NCBI GenBank assembly: GCA_963754925.1
Contig: CAVWHX010000006.1
Span: forward strand, 64,001 to 128,000
Length of the DNA stretch: 64,000 nucleotides
Origin: an uncultured delta proteobacterium
GTDB taxonomy: Bacteria > Myxococcota > B64-G9
Direction of reading: 5' to 3'
Below the pieces are notes generated by a model. It ran no database searches. It saw only the letters and a list, made by a program, of their open reading frames with translations, and had not been told where the DNA came from. Position numbers and translations under genes: made by a program. Positions 51,339 to 60,168 of this stretch are shown in pieces. How positions within the stretch are numbered: position 1 is the first letter of the stretch; every line of letters begins with the position of its first letter.

Positions 51339-52484
51339 TTATTTCAACGCATCCAACATCTGAGCTATCGGAAGAACTTCAATATTCCGGGCAAGTGAAT
51401 AACGTTTTGCACCGGGATAGATGACAAACAATTTTTGTAAGCCAAGATCACTCATGGCTGCCTTCATGGAGGGCGTCAAGCCCGGCGCGTCCGCCCGCTT
51501 TATTTCCACCCCGATACGACTACGTCCCTTGAAAAGTAACATATCAAGCTCGGCGCCGGCATGGGTTGCCCAATAAAATGCCTCATCCGGATTGGCTATA
51601 GCCAGGACCTCTTCTATAAGGTAACCCTCCCAAGAAGCGCCGCACTTGGGATGCAAAAGCAAATCCCTCATCGTGCGGATGCCCAATATCTGGTGCAGCA
51701 GTCCGCTGTCTCGAAAGTATATTTTTGGTGATTTGACCTGTCGCTTCTTGAGATTCTCATGCCAGGGTTTGAGCTGACGCACGATAAACACACCGTCCAG
51801 GATATCCAGATAACGACGCACCGATGTCTCGCTGATACCCAGGGAGCGGGCGGGTTCGGCTGCCTTCCAAATCTGTCCTGAATAGTGAGCCAACATAGCC
51901 CAAAAACGCAAGAGCATTGGGGCCGCAGCGCCGATGCCGAACTGCGGAATATCTCTTTCTAGAAATGTTTGAATGAAGTTTTTCCGCCATGCCACACTGT
52001 CTGTTTCATTCTTTGCAAGAAAAGAGAGCGGCAGCCCTCCACGTAACCAATGCCGTTCTTGATGTTGTATTCCCACATCATCAAGCGTCAATCCACCGAT
52101 GCAGATGGTTTCTTGCCGTCCCGCGAGCGATTCGGATGATTGACGCAGCAATGCCGGTGATGCGCTTCCTAAAATGAGGAAACGCGCAGGAAGCCCAACG
52201 CGATCCGCCAGGACTCGAAGTATAGTAAAAAGCTCCGGACGTCGCTGGATCTCATCAATAACCACCAACCCCTTTAGATTCTGCAATGCGGTCATCGGTT
52301 CGATAAGACGGGCTAGATTTGAAGGGTCTTCGAGATCAAAGTAATTGATCGAATCGTATGGAACAAATTGGCGGGCGAGCGTGGTTTTACCACACTGCCG
52401 GGGGCCCAAAAGAACGACGATACGGCTACGCTTCAGGGCCTTTTTGATGGTCGACATCGTTGTTGTGCGTGCAATCATAGCCAT
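51339..52484 (-). CDS. AAA_14 ATPase with DUF4143 domain (second, divergent copy)
   Basis: GPRQCGKTT, IDEIQR, LGSAS, KSPKIYFRDSG, ELD, VEIK. Confidence 0.9.
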   Translation of the reverse strand: MAMIARTTTMSTIKKALKRSRIVVLLGPRQCGKTTLARQFVPYDSINYFDLEDPSNLARLIEPMTALQNLKGLVVIDEIQRRPELFTILRVLADRVGLPARFLILGSASPALLRQSSESLAGRQETICIGGLTLDDVGIQHQERHWLRGGLPLSFLAKNETDSVAWRKNFIQTFLERDIPQFGIGAAAPMLLRFWAMLAHYSGQIWKAAEPARSLGISETSVRRYLDILDGVFIVRQLKPWHENLKKRQVKSPKIYFRDSGLLHQILGIRTMRDLLLHPKCGASWEGYLIEEVLAIANPDEAFYWATHAGAELDMLLFKGRSRIGVEIKRADAPGLTPSMKAAMSDLGLQKLFVIYPGAKRYSLARNIEVLPIAQMLDALK

Positions 52485-52530
52485 ATCATACCTTGAAAAA
52501 GCTCCATGTCAAGGAGGATTTTCAAGGTAT
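52485..52530 (-). promoter_or_regulatory. Promoter with 12-bp inverted-repeat operator
   Basis: TTGACA-16-TATGAT; ATACCTTGAAAA (52488-99) and TTTTCAAGGTAT (52519-30). Confidence 0.6.
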
Positions 52531-52546
52531 AAAATCGCCTCGAATA

Positions 52547-52586
52547 TAGGGTCAGAGATGCGGATTTGGGTGGGGGGGGTCAACCC
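52547..52586. repeat. MRIW-stub fragment flanked by GGGTCA motifs (module copy 6)
   Basis: tagggtcaga-gatgcggatttgggtggggggggtcaaccc. Confidence 0.75.
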
Positions 52587-52587
52587 A

Positions 52588-53115
52588 TCATTGTTCGGCA
52601 ACAGTCTTTAGATTGGCGAGCCCTTCCTGGAAATCTTTTCCGACCATGTTGTCCAGATTAACAACTATGTGTATCACCTTAGCAATATACGGTTGTTTAC
52701 CGTTCATTGCCCACGTCACGTTCGTATGTTCGCCTTCCGGTGTTAACGTGAACTCGACCATGTTATGGGCTTCAAACGGCTTGATCATGGTTAGTTTCAT
52801 CTCGATCCGTGAGGGAGGCGCTGACTCGGTAATCTCGAGGGTCCCCTTGCCGACTTCCCGGTTGCCTTCCCACTCAAGCGTGGCGCCTATTCCGCTGTCT
52901 GGACCGCTGTAGCTTATCTTCATGGCGGGGTCTTTTTTCATGTAGGGCGACCAGGTGTTCATGCTATGCAGGTCGTCGATGAGTGCAAATATCTTTTCGG
53001 GTGGCGCACCGATGCTCGTCGAACGCTGAACACTAAACGTGTCGGGTTTGGTTGCGGCATAGATGAGAATAGCGGCGATAACGGCGACAACGATGATAAT
53101 AATCGTCTTGAGCAT
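52588..53115 (-). CDS. SRPBCC (polyketide cyclase/START-like) family protein
   Basis: PDTFSVQRS, WSP, WEGN.EVG.G, KPFEAHN, VTWAM, VGKDFQEGLANLK; GTTAGGC at 53144-53150 upstream. Confidence 0.88.
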   Translation of the reverse strand: MLKTIIIIVVAVIAAILIYAATKPDTFSVQRSTSIGAPPEKIFALIDDLHSMNTWSPYMKKDPAMKISYSGPDSGIGATLEWEGNREVGKGTLEITESAPPSRIEMKLTMIKPFEAHNMVEFTLTPEGEHTNVTWAMNGKQPYIAKVIHIVVNLDNMVGKDFQEGLANLKTVAEQ

Positions 53116-53191
53116 TGTTATTCCTCCATGGGGAAACCGAGATGCCTAACCAGCCCTATCTCGCCTTCTTCCGCCTCATCAATGCCTTTTT

Positions 53192-53512
53192 TTATACTGC
53201 TTGATTCTCAGCGGTCAGCAGGCGGTCGGCCGCCGGAGAGAAAACATGGTTCTCACCGGCGATATGCGCATCGAGGATCTCGATATATTTCGAAAGATTG
53301 TCACGCAAAGCGCGAAGAACTACGGGAACGCCTTTTTCTTCAGTAACGTGATGGCGGCGGTCTATGAAATTGCTGAAAAGCTCAACCAGATAAGAAAACC
53401 GCTCTCCCTCTACCTGCATGGTTATGCCTATCATTTTGATTTCAGGTGCAGCCACGGTGAGGACGATTTGGGCAAGAGCGCGCTCGTTCCTGAGTTCTTC
53501 GGTGGGTTGCAT
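53192..53512 (-). CDS. Hemerythrin-like protein, shortened or degenerate
   Basis: HHVTEE and HIAGENH motifs, but the middle helix appears missing. Confidence 0.55.
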   Translation of the reverse strand: MQPTEELRNERALAQIVLTVAAPEIKMIGITMQVEGERFSYLVELFSNFIDRRHHVTEEKGVPVVLRALRDNLSKYIEILDAHIAGENHVFSPAADRLLTAENQAV

Positions 53513-53643
53513 TACAATCTCCTTTCATGTTTTTGAACGGCAATACTATTGAAAATCGGTACGACAACTTTTAATGAGAAAACGTTTCTGCAATTCTCAT
53601 ACCATTACACCGTTGAACTTAATTTCGGGTACTGGGTCAATTA

Positions 53644-53871
53644 GAGGCTAACGGTTATTCTTCGAACGACAGGGCAAACTGACCAACAACCGATTTCATT
53701 GTCATATCGACCGAAGGGATGTCATAGCGAGCAAAGGGAGATATCTAATTACGATCTCATCGTTATTTAGATTTCTCGCTACCCCTAAAGGGATAAGAGA
53801 CTGTACGCCTCGCTTCGCTCGCTACAGTCTCTAACGCTCGAAATGACAATTTTGCGCTCGAAATGACAATC
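53644..53871. repeat. ~190-bp nested palindromic repeat, right copy (with two ~20-bp internal duplications)
   Basis: Same orientation as 32326-32512; 99-bp identical core. Confidence 0.92.
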
Positions 53872-53905
53872 GGGGATTTGCGGTATGGGATTAAAAGATT
53901 TATAG

Positions 53906-54526
53906 TTATCGGCTCCCCCTCACCAGAGCGCGGGTGATATCGGCCACGTGTCGTCCCTGAGCCCGCGCGATTTCAAGTTCATTACTGCTTGGTTGCCGTG
54001 TGCCGTCCGGGCCTGTCACCGTCGTGGCTCCATAGGGGCCGCCGCCGGTTATCTCCTCCATGGTCATCAGTCTCTTCTCCGAATACGGCACGCCCACGAT
54101 GATCATCCCATGATGTAACAGCGTGGTATGGAAACTCGTGATGGTAGTCTCGTGTCCCCCGTGTTGGGTAGCTGTCGAGGTAAAAACGCTGCCGACTTTT
54201 CCGATTAACGCCCCGGACGCCCAGAGAGATCCGGTTTGATCGAGGAGGTTACGCATCTGCGCTGCCATCATGCCGTACCGGGTCGGGGTGCCGAAGATAA
54301 TGGCATCCGGTTCGGCTAATTTCTCAGGGGCGATGATCGGAATGTTAGCGAACGCTTTGCGTGTTGCTTTAGCGCCGCTTTTTTCAAGGATATTGTCAGG
54401 AACAAGCTCGGCGGTTTGGAACAATTTAACCTCAGCGCCTTCTATCTGACGAGCGCCTTCCGAAACCGCTTCCGCCAATTTAAAAATATGACCGTACATA
54501 CTGTAGAAAACTATGTATATTTTCAT
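53906..54526 (-). CDS. wrbA: NAD(P)H:quinone oxidoreductase type IV
   Basis: [32 protein letters not shown]. Confidence 0.95.
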   Translation of the reverse strand: MKIYIVFYSMYGHIFKLAEAVSEGARQIEGAEVKLFQTAELVPDNILEKSGAKATRKAFANIPIIAPEKLAEPDAIIFGTPTRYGMMAAQMRNLLDQTGSLWASGALIGKVGSVFTSTATQHGGHETTITSFHTTLLHHGMIIVGVPYSEKRLMTMEEITGGGPYGATTVTGPDGTRQPSSNELEIARAQGRHVADITRALVRGSR

Positions 54527-54563
54527 GATCTCTCCCTTGGGTTAGCGACCTCGCAGTATTTTC

Positions 54564-54579
54564 TGCAATCGCGATGCCA
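54564..54579 (-). promoter_or_regulatory. Sigma54 promoter of wrbA
   Basis: TGGCATCGCGATTGCA (GG-N10-GC). Confidence 0.7.
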
Positions 54580-54718
54580 AAGGGATATTTAACTGATTGT
54601 CTTTGTTTAGAATTAGTTACTTTTAGTATTTTCTCGCTCAAAGGTTACCGGTTGGGTCCTTCGAACGATTTGTATCAGCCAATATGACCTCGTTTGTTCA
54701 AAATTGACCGTTCGTTTT

Positions 54719-54853
54719 GGGCTAGAGGTTGTTGCCGAGCGAAGCGAGGCTTACAACCTCTTGTCCCCGAAGGGGGCTGGAGCCCGTTAGCGAACGAAGT
54801 GAGCTTCCCCGAAGGGGGCTAGAGGTTGTTACCGAACGAAGAAGGTTAACAAT
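54719..54853. repeat. REP-like palindromic repeat cluster
   Basis: gggctagaggttgtt..cga.cgaag twice, ccccgaaggggg twice, agaggttgt/acaacctct stem. Confidence 0.7.
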
Positions 54854-54889
54854 CGTGTGTGTCCCTGCTTGGCTAACAACAAAGACTTA

Positions 54890-54905
54890 TGGCATGGATT
54901 ATGCT
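54890..54905 (+). promoter_or_regulatory. Sigma54 promoter of the USP gene
   Basis: TGGCATGGATTATGCT (GG-N10-GC). Confidence 0.62.
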
Positions 54906-54949
54906 CAACAATTAATCGGTAATGGTTCGACTGAAGAAGGAGGTCGGTC

Positions 54950-55396
54950 ATGATCCAAGCTCGTAGAATATTGGTTCCAATGGATTTTTCTGAGTACTCT
55001 GAGAAAGCTCTCAATCGCGCTGTGGAACTGGCGAAGGATTCAAACGCCAAGATTGAACTGCTGCATGTAATCAACCACGATGTGATTCAGTGTGCGGACA
55101 CGTACTGCCTCGATGATGAAAAAATAAAGGAAATCAAGGATCAGATGGATGACGCCGCCCGCAAGAATCTTCGGAATAAGATCGAAAAGTTTAAAAATGT
55201 CGGCGGACTGGAGATCGTGCCGATAGTTCGGCATGGTATTCCTTACACTGAAATACTCGCCGAGCAGAGGGAAAAGGATATCGATCTGATAGTGATGTCT
55301 CATCTGGGAAAATCAAGAGTTGAGAAGTTTTTTCTCGGTGGAGTAGCCCGAAATGTAATCAAAGGAGCTTCCTGCTCGGTGCTGTTGGTACGGTGA
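54950..55396 (+). CDS. Universal stress protein
   Basis: ILVPMDFS, GIPYTEI, DLIVMSH, FFLGGVA, CSVLLV. Confidence 0.92.
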   Translation: MIQARRILVPMDFSEYSEKALNRAVELAKDSNAKIELLHVINHDVIQCADTYCLDDEKIKEIKDQMDDAARKNLRNKIEKFKNVGGLEIVPIVRHGIPYTEILAEQREKDIDLIVMSHLGKSRVEKFFLGGVARNVIKGASCSVLLVR

Positions 55397-55443
55397 CGGG
55401 TCGGTGGAAATGGTATCGGCAGCTCATGAGGCGATACATAAAA

Positions 55444-56581
55444 ATGTTCACGAAACGATTCACTATCTTCAAGCTTTTGGGGTTTGAAGTAAAAATCGAC
55501 CCCAGTTGGTTGATTCTGGCCGTGTTGGTGACCTGGAGTTTGGCGGTGGGTTTGTTTCCCGGCATCATTCAGGGCCTGCCGCAGGAATACTATTGGTGGA
55601 TGGGAATCGCCGGAACGGTTGGGCTGCTTTTCTCCATTATCTTTCATGAACTTTCTCATTCCGTTGTGGCCAGAAGACTTGGTTTGCCGATGAAGGGAAT
55701 TACCCTTTTTATATTCGGCGGGGTGGCGGAGATGGAGAAGCAACCCGAGAGTCCTCGGGTTCGAATTTTTAATGGCGATAGCGGGACCGATCTCAAGCGT
55801 GGTCCTGTCAATACTATGTTATGGGGTGTATTCCCTGGCGTCGGCAAACGATTGGCCGCCGACCGTCTTTGTTGTTTTCTATTACCTTGGGTACCTGAAT
55901 CTTGTTTTGGCGGGGTTCAACATGATCCCGGCTTTTCCTCTCGACGGCGGACGGGTGCTTAGGGCCGCTTTGTGGAGATGGAAACACAATCTACGGTGGG
56001 CCACCCAGGTGGGTTCCCGTATCGGTGTGGGCTTTGGCGCCGGGTTTATCATTTTAGGAGTCGTCAATCTGCTGTGGGGCAACTTTATCGGCGGCATGTG
56101 GTGGACTCTCATAGGATTTTTCCTGCGCAAAGCCGCGCGCACGTCGTATGAACAGCTTAGGATAAAACAAATGCTCGAAGGCGAACCTATCAGCCGTTTT
56201 ATGAGCACATCCCTGGTTACGGTACCGCCTTCCCTTACCGTGAAGAGTCTCGTCGAGGACTACATCTACAAGCATCATCACAAAATGTTTCCCGTTGTGG
56301 AAAACTCTCACCTCGTCGGGTGCGTCACCACCCGCGATATTCGAGAAACGCCCCGGGAAGAGTGGGACCGACACACCGTATCAGAGGTGGCGAACCATTG
56401 TTCCGAGGAGAATACGGCGCCGCCCACCCTGGATGCGGCGTCGGCCATGTCCATGATGGCTCGTGACGGCAAGAGCCGCCTCATGGTCGTGGAAAATGGC
56501 CGATTGGTTGGTATTGTCGCACTCAGAGACATAATGAAATTCTTGTCGATCAAGATGGACCTCGAGCATGCGGCCCACTAA
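55444..56581 (+). CDS. Site-2 (M50) protease with CBS pair, frameshifted near 55760
   Basis: HELSH, LFIFGGVA, AIAGP, FNMIPAFPLDGGR, CBS domains; one extra T breaks RVEFLMAIAG. Confidence 0.9.
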
Positions 56582-56992
56582 TTATGGAAATGTCGCATAA
56601 TTCATTGAATCATTGAGATCCAATGGATACTCCCAGCGAGGCGTGATGGTTGCTTTGCGCGCGGCGGCCCGTGCATCATTGCGGCGACGCACATAGGAAT
56701 TGATGGAATCCTCCATTGTATTGAAGGTCTCGGTCACGGCGGCGAGGATGTCAAAATATCCTTCCCGGGCCTCACGCGACGAAATAAATTGCTTCCCGGG
56801 AACCGAAACCAGGATCCGAACGCGAAAGCGCTCTCGGTTTCCCTCGTGATGATGCGGTCGGTCGATGGTGACCTTGCAATTGGTTATGAGCGGGTGGATT
56901 TCTTGTAGCTTTCGTGTTTCACGTGCAATGGCTTCGGTAAGTTCGTCAAAAGAACGTATATGACGGAACGTAGTTCTGATATTGGTTTTCAT
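56582..56992 (-). CDS. HPF/RaiA-like (sigma54 modulation) protein
   Basis: TFRHI, I.NCKV.I.RPH, FRVRI.VSVPG, DILAAV.E.F. Confidence 0.75.
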   Translation of the reverse strand: MKTNIRTTFRHIRSFDELTEAIARETRKLQEIHPLITNCKVTIDRPHHHEGNRERFRVRILVSVPGKQFISSREAREGYFDILAAVTETFNTMEDSINSYVRRRNDARAAARKATITPRWEYPLDLNDSMNYATFP

Positions 56993-57072
56993 GTCAGATG
57001 TCCTCCCGAACCCCACTACGACTGGCTACGATGAAACATGGGGACGTGCTTTAAAAATTTCGATTGTTGTTT

Positions 57073-57444
57073 TCAAATAACCGAATCGAAAGAGGGACTG
57101 AAGGGAGGACCCTGCTTTGGGGCAACCGACGCCGTGATTATTTGTTTAACCGGCGCTCGTGTGTCGGGTGCGGTGACTTTCTCTACTGTGGGCGGAACAA
57201 CTATGGAATGGGAAAAAATTGTAGCGGTTGCAACGGGATCGAAAACCTTTTCATCGGCTGTCGGGATCGTAGCATATACGCTTCCCGCATGCGAATGGGT
57301 CGTGTGCGAAGCTTTACTGAAAGCCCTAACGTGAGAATGTGCGGCCGTGCTTGAGATTAAGAGAAATGCCAGAACGCACAAGGTCGACAGATCAAAAACC
57401 CATAAAAAATACCTCGTGGAAAACTGTCGTTTGTTGATTGCCAC
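57073..57444 (-). CDS. Hypothetical protein with N-terminal TM segment
   Basis: Open frame, GAGGGAG upstream of GTG. Confidence 0.45.
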   Translation of the reverse strand: MAINKRQFSTRYFLWVFDLSTLCVLAFLLISSTAAHSHVRAFSKASHTTHSHAGSVYATIPTADEKVFDPVATATIFSHSIVVPPTVEKVTAPDTRAPVKQIITASVAPKQGPPFSPSFDSVI

Positions 57445-57590
57445 GGTACTCCCTCATTCTTTCGTTGCCGTTTCTTGAACCAAACAACTCGTGCCTTTAT
57501 TCCGGACAAAGGAACGACGAATATCATGGCGCGTTGCGCAGAATTCCAGTTTTCTATTGCCGGCGTTGAAAAAATGCTAGGGTGGATACA

Positions 57591-57953
57591 TCAAAAATGT
57601 CTTGAGTTGTATAACGGCTGAGGTCTATCAAACGGATGCTCGTGCTCGGGAGATAGCCTCCTCATAGAATTCCCCATGATGTCGAACGCCTCGCTCACCG
57701 CCGCAAGAATATCGGGATACCCTTGCTCGGCTTCACTTGAAGATATCAGTTGTTTTCCGAAAGTCGAAACCACGACCTGTACGCGAAAGTGATTCCCATT
57801 GCCGCGATGTTGATGCGACCGATCGATGACGACTTTGCAACTGGTTATCTGCTGAAAGGTTTCGCGTAATTTTCGGGCTTCGCGCTCTATCAATTCGGAA
57901 AGCTCGTCGAAGGAACGAATATGGCGAAATGTTGTTCTCATATTGGCTACCAT
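57591..57953 (-). CDS. HPF/RaiA-like protein (paralog)
   Basis: RTTFRHIRSFDEL shared with 56582 ORF; GGAGGG RBS. Confidence 0.75.
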   Translation of the reverse strand: MVANMRTTFRHIRSFDELSELIEREARKLRETFQQITSCKVVIDRSHQHRGNGNHFRVQVVVSTFGKQLISSSEAEQGYPDILAAVSEAFDIMGNSMRRLSPEHEHPFDRPQPLYNSRHF

Positions 57954-58111
57954 GGTCTTTTCCCTCCAATTAAGCCTTTCCTAACAAGTCAGCATCGGTT
58001 TGTAATCCTTGCCCCGCGGTACCCGCGGGGTGAATACACAGATCCATATTCCCCTTCCGTTGTGCCTTTTGCAGCATTCCAACAACCACAGGGTTGCTGG
58101 AAGCACCCCTC

Positions 58112-58426
58112 CTAGGTGGACGAGGACGTTTTCAACATTTCTCTGCTCAGCTTCTCAAAGCCTTCCTTATAGCTGAGGTCGCCGTCATCACCTTTTTTGG
58201 GATGTTGCGGCCCGCACGTTTGTTGGTCGAGAAGCGCTGAGTAGTCCTTAGGTTCGACACTACACACGCAGTTGAGAGTTTTTTCGCTGCCCGTTGTCAT
58301 GTTGTCGGCGGCATTTTGGGTAGCGCTTCCCAGGGAACCTATGAAAAGCAAACCGGACAGCAACGGAATTACTACTTTTGAGCCTTTGCCATTTCTTTTT
58401 TTAAAACGAGATGTTATTGTTAACAT
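58112..58426 (-). CDS. Hypothetical exported protein
   Basis: AAGGA RBS, basic N-terminus plus hydrophobic stretch. Confidence 0.55.
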   Translation of the reverse strand: MLTITSRFKKRNGKGSKVVIPLLSGLLFIGSLGSATQNAADNMTTGSEKTLNCVCSVEPKDYSALLDQQTCGPQHPKKGDDGDLSYKEGFEKLSREMLKTSSST

Positions 58427-58486
58427 GGGAATTTTCCTTTCTTAATAATTGGACCAATTCTCGTCCATCGTTTCCTATTTCCCTCG

Positions 58487-59983
58487 TTACCTGTTGATGA
58501 CTATGAAGAGCTGCGCGGACCCTCGCTGAATCCTCAACAGGACACTTTCGTTGTCTTTCTTCTTGGCTAATGCGTTACGAAAATCAGCCACCGTGGGGAC
58601 TCGTTCGTGGTTAACCTCGAGAATGATATCTCCCGACTGAACCAGCCCCGCGGTAGGTCCCGCATCATCGACCTCTTCCACCACCAGACCCTTGAGATCC
58701 GCATCCACCCCCAACTTTTGCGCTATGTCGGGCGTCAGCGGTACCAGCGTCAACCCCAGGAGAGACCCCTGACCTTCGCTCGTTTCATTGGTCGCCTGAG
58801 ATTCTTCTTTCTCTCTCTCCCCCAGAACCACCGTGAGCTTGGAGCTCTTGCCATTGCGAATTACCTCAATTTCCGCCTTGGTCCCTGGGGCAAGCCCGGC
58901 AACCCGGGAGGTAAGATCCTTGGATTCCGCTACTTTTTCTCCGTTGAGCGCTACAATGACGTCTCCTGCCTTGATGCCGGCCTTTTCGGCCGGGCTATTT
59001 TTGAAAACTTGGCTGACCAACGCACCGCTCTTTACCGTTACCCCGAAATTTTGAGCCAAATCTTCGCTGAGATCTTGTATGCCGACGCCCAGCCACCCGC
59101 GCACTACTTTCCCCTTGGCCAGAAGCTGCGGCAGAATGCTCTTGACCAAATTTATCGGCACGGCGAAACCCACGCCCGATCCTCCGGCGACGATGGCGGT
59201 GTTGATGCCCACCACATTTCCTGAAAGATCGAACAGCGGCCCTCCGGAGTTGCCCGGATTGATGGACGCATCCGTTTGCAAGAAGTCGTCGTATGGTCCT
59301 TGTCCGATCTGGCGGTCCTTGCCGCTAATGATGCCCGTGGTGACGGTCTGCCCAAGGCCAAAGGGATTGCCGATGGCGATCACCCAGTCGCCGACCTCGA
59401 TCTTGTCCGAATCCCCTAAGCTCGCGAAGGGCAGGGCACCCTTGGGGTTAACTTTAATAAGGGCGATATCTGTTTTGCTGTCGCTGCCGATGATTTTCGC
59501 ATCATAGCTCTTATCATCGGAGAGCCGTATCTTGATCTCCGTGGCCCCCGAGACCACGTGATTATTGGTTAGAATGTAGCCGTCGGCGCTGATTATGAAT
59601 CCGGACCCCAAGGCGTTGCGTTTGAACTCACGCTGGGGCAGATCGAAGAATTTCCTAAACATTTTAAACGGGTCGCCTTCACCGGAGAATTTATCCGAAA
59701 AGGGATCGTTGAATTCAAACGAAGGAGCGTTACCCGGCTTTCTTATGCGGGGTTTGATTACTTGAGTCGTAAATATATTGACCACCGATGGATTGAGTTT
59801 CTTCGCTAGACCGGCAAACGACGGAAGCGTCTGGACATTTTCGGGAGGTTGAGCAGATGACGTTGTTTGGTCGTGCCAGAACGGTTTTTCCTCAACCGCC
59901 GACCCCTTACAGCTCGAACCGAGATCGATGAGAGAGAGTGCAATAATTAAGGGTAGAAATATCAATGGTGAACGATTCGTCAT
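58487..59983 (-). CDS. HtrA/DegP-DegQ family serine protease with two PDZ domains
   Basis: LGSGFII, TNNHVV, DIAL, AIGNPFG, QTDASINPGNSGGPL, RGWLGV. Confidence 0.95.
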   Translation of the reverse strand: MTNRSPLIFLPLIIALSLIDLGSSCKGSAVEEKPFWHDQTTSSAQPPENVQTLPSFAGLAKKLNPSVVNIFTTQVIKPRIRKPGNAPSFEFNDPFSDKFSGEGDPFKMFRKFFDLPQREFKRNALGSGFIISADGYILTNNHVVSGATEIKIRLSDDKSYDAKIIGSDSKTDIALIKVNPKGALPFASLGDSDKIEVGDWVIAIGNPFGLGQTVTTGIISGKDRQIGQGPYDDFLQTDASINPGNSGGPLFDLSGNVVGINTAIVAGGSGVGFAVPINLVKSILPQLLAKGKVVRGWLGVGIQDLSEDLAQNFGVTVKSGALVSQVFKNSPAEKAGIKAGDVIVALNGEKVAESKDLTSRVAGLAPGTKAEIEVIRNGKSSKLTVVLGEREKEESQATNETSEGQGSLLGLTLVPLTPDIAQKLGVDADLKGLVVEEVDDAGPTAGLVQSGDIILEVNHERVPTVADFRNALAKKKDNESVLLRIQRGSAQLFIVINR

Positions 59984-60168
59984 AGAATAACCCTTGTGCT
60001 TCTCTTTTTAAATTTACGATACGTAAATAGTAAGCGAAGCCAATAAGTGCCCAGCAAAATGATCAAGTCGTTCAAAATGGATGGGCAATGTTGAACGCCT
60101 GCTGGGATACATTCGCGTTTTCGTAAAAGCGAATAGAAAAGCGTACTGTGAATTGAAGACAAGGTATC

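Noticed and set aside
43395..52586. CRISPR array interpretation of the repeated module
   Set aside because: Repeats are up to ~270 bp, divergent, and separated by whole genes; no cas genes
32326..53871. Integron integrase or other recombinase in the island
   Set aside because: No ORF with tyrosine-recombinase or HUH motifs was recognised; the only mobility gene is the IS1182 transposase
58012..58030. CCCCGCGG-TAC-CCGCGGGG hairpin
   Set aside because: Single 8-bp stem without U-tract; no function can be supported
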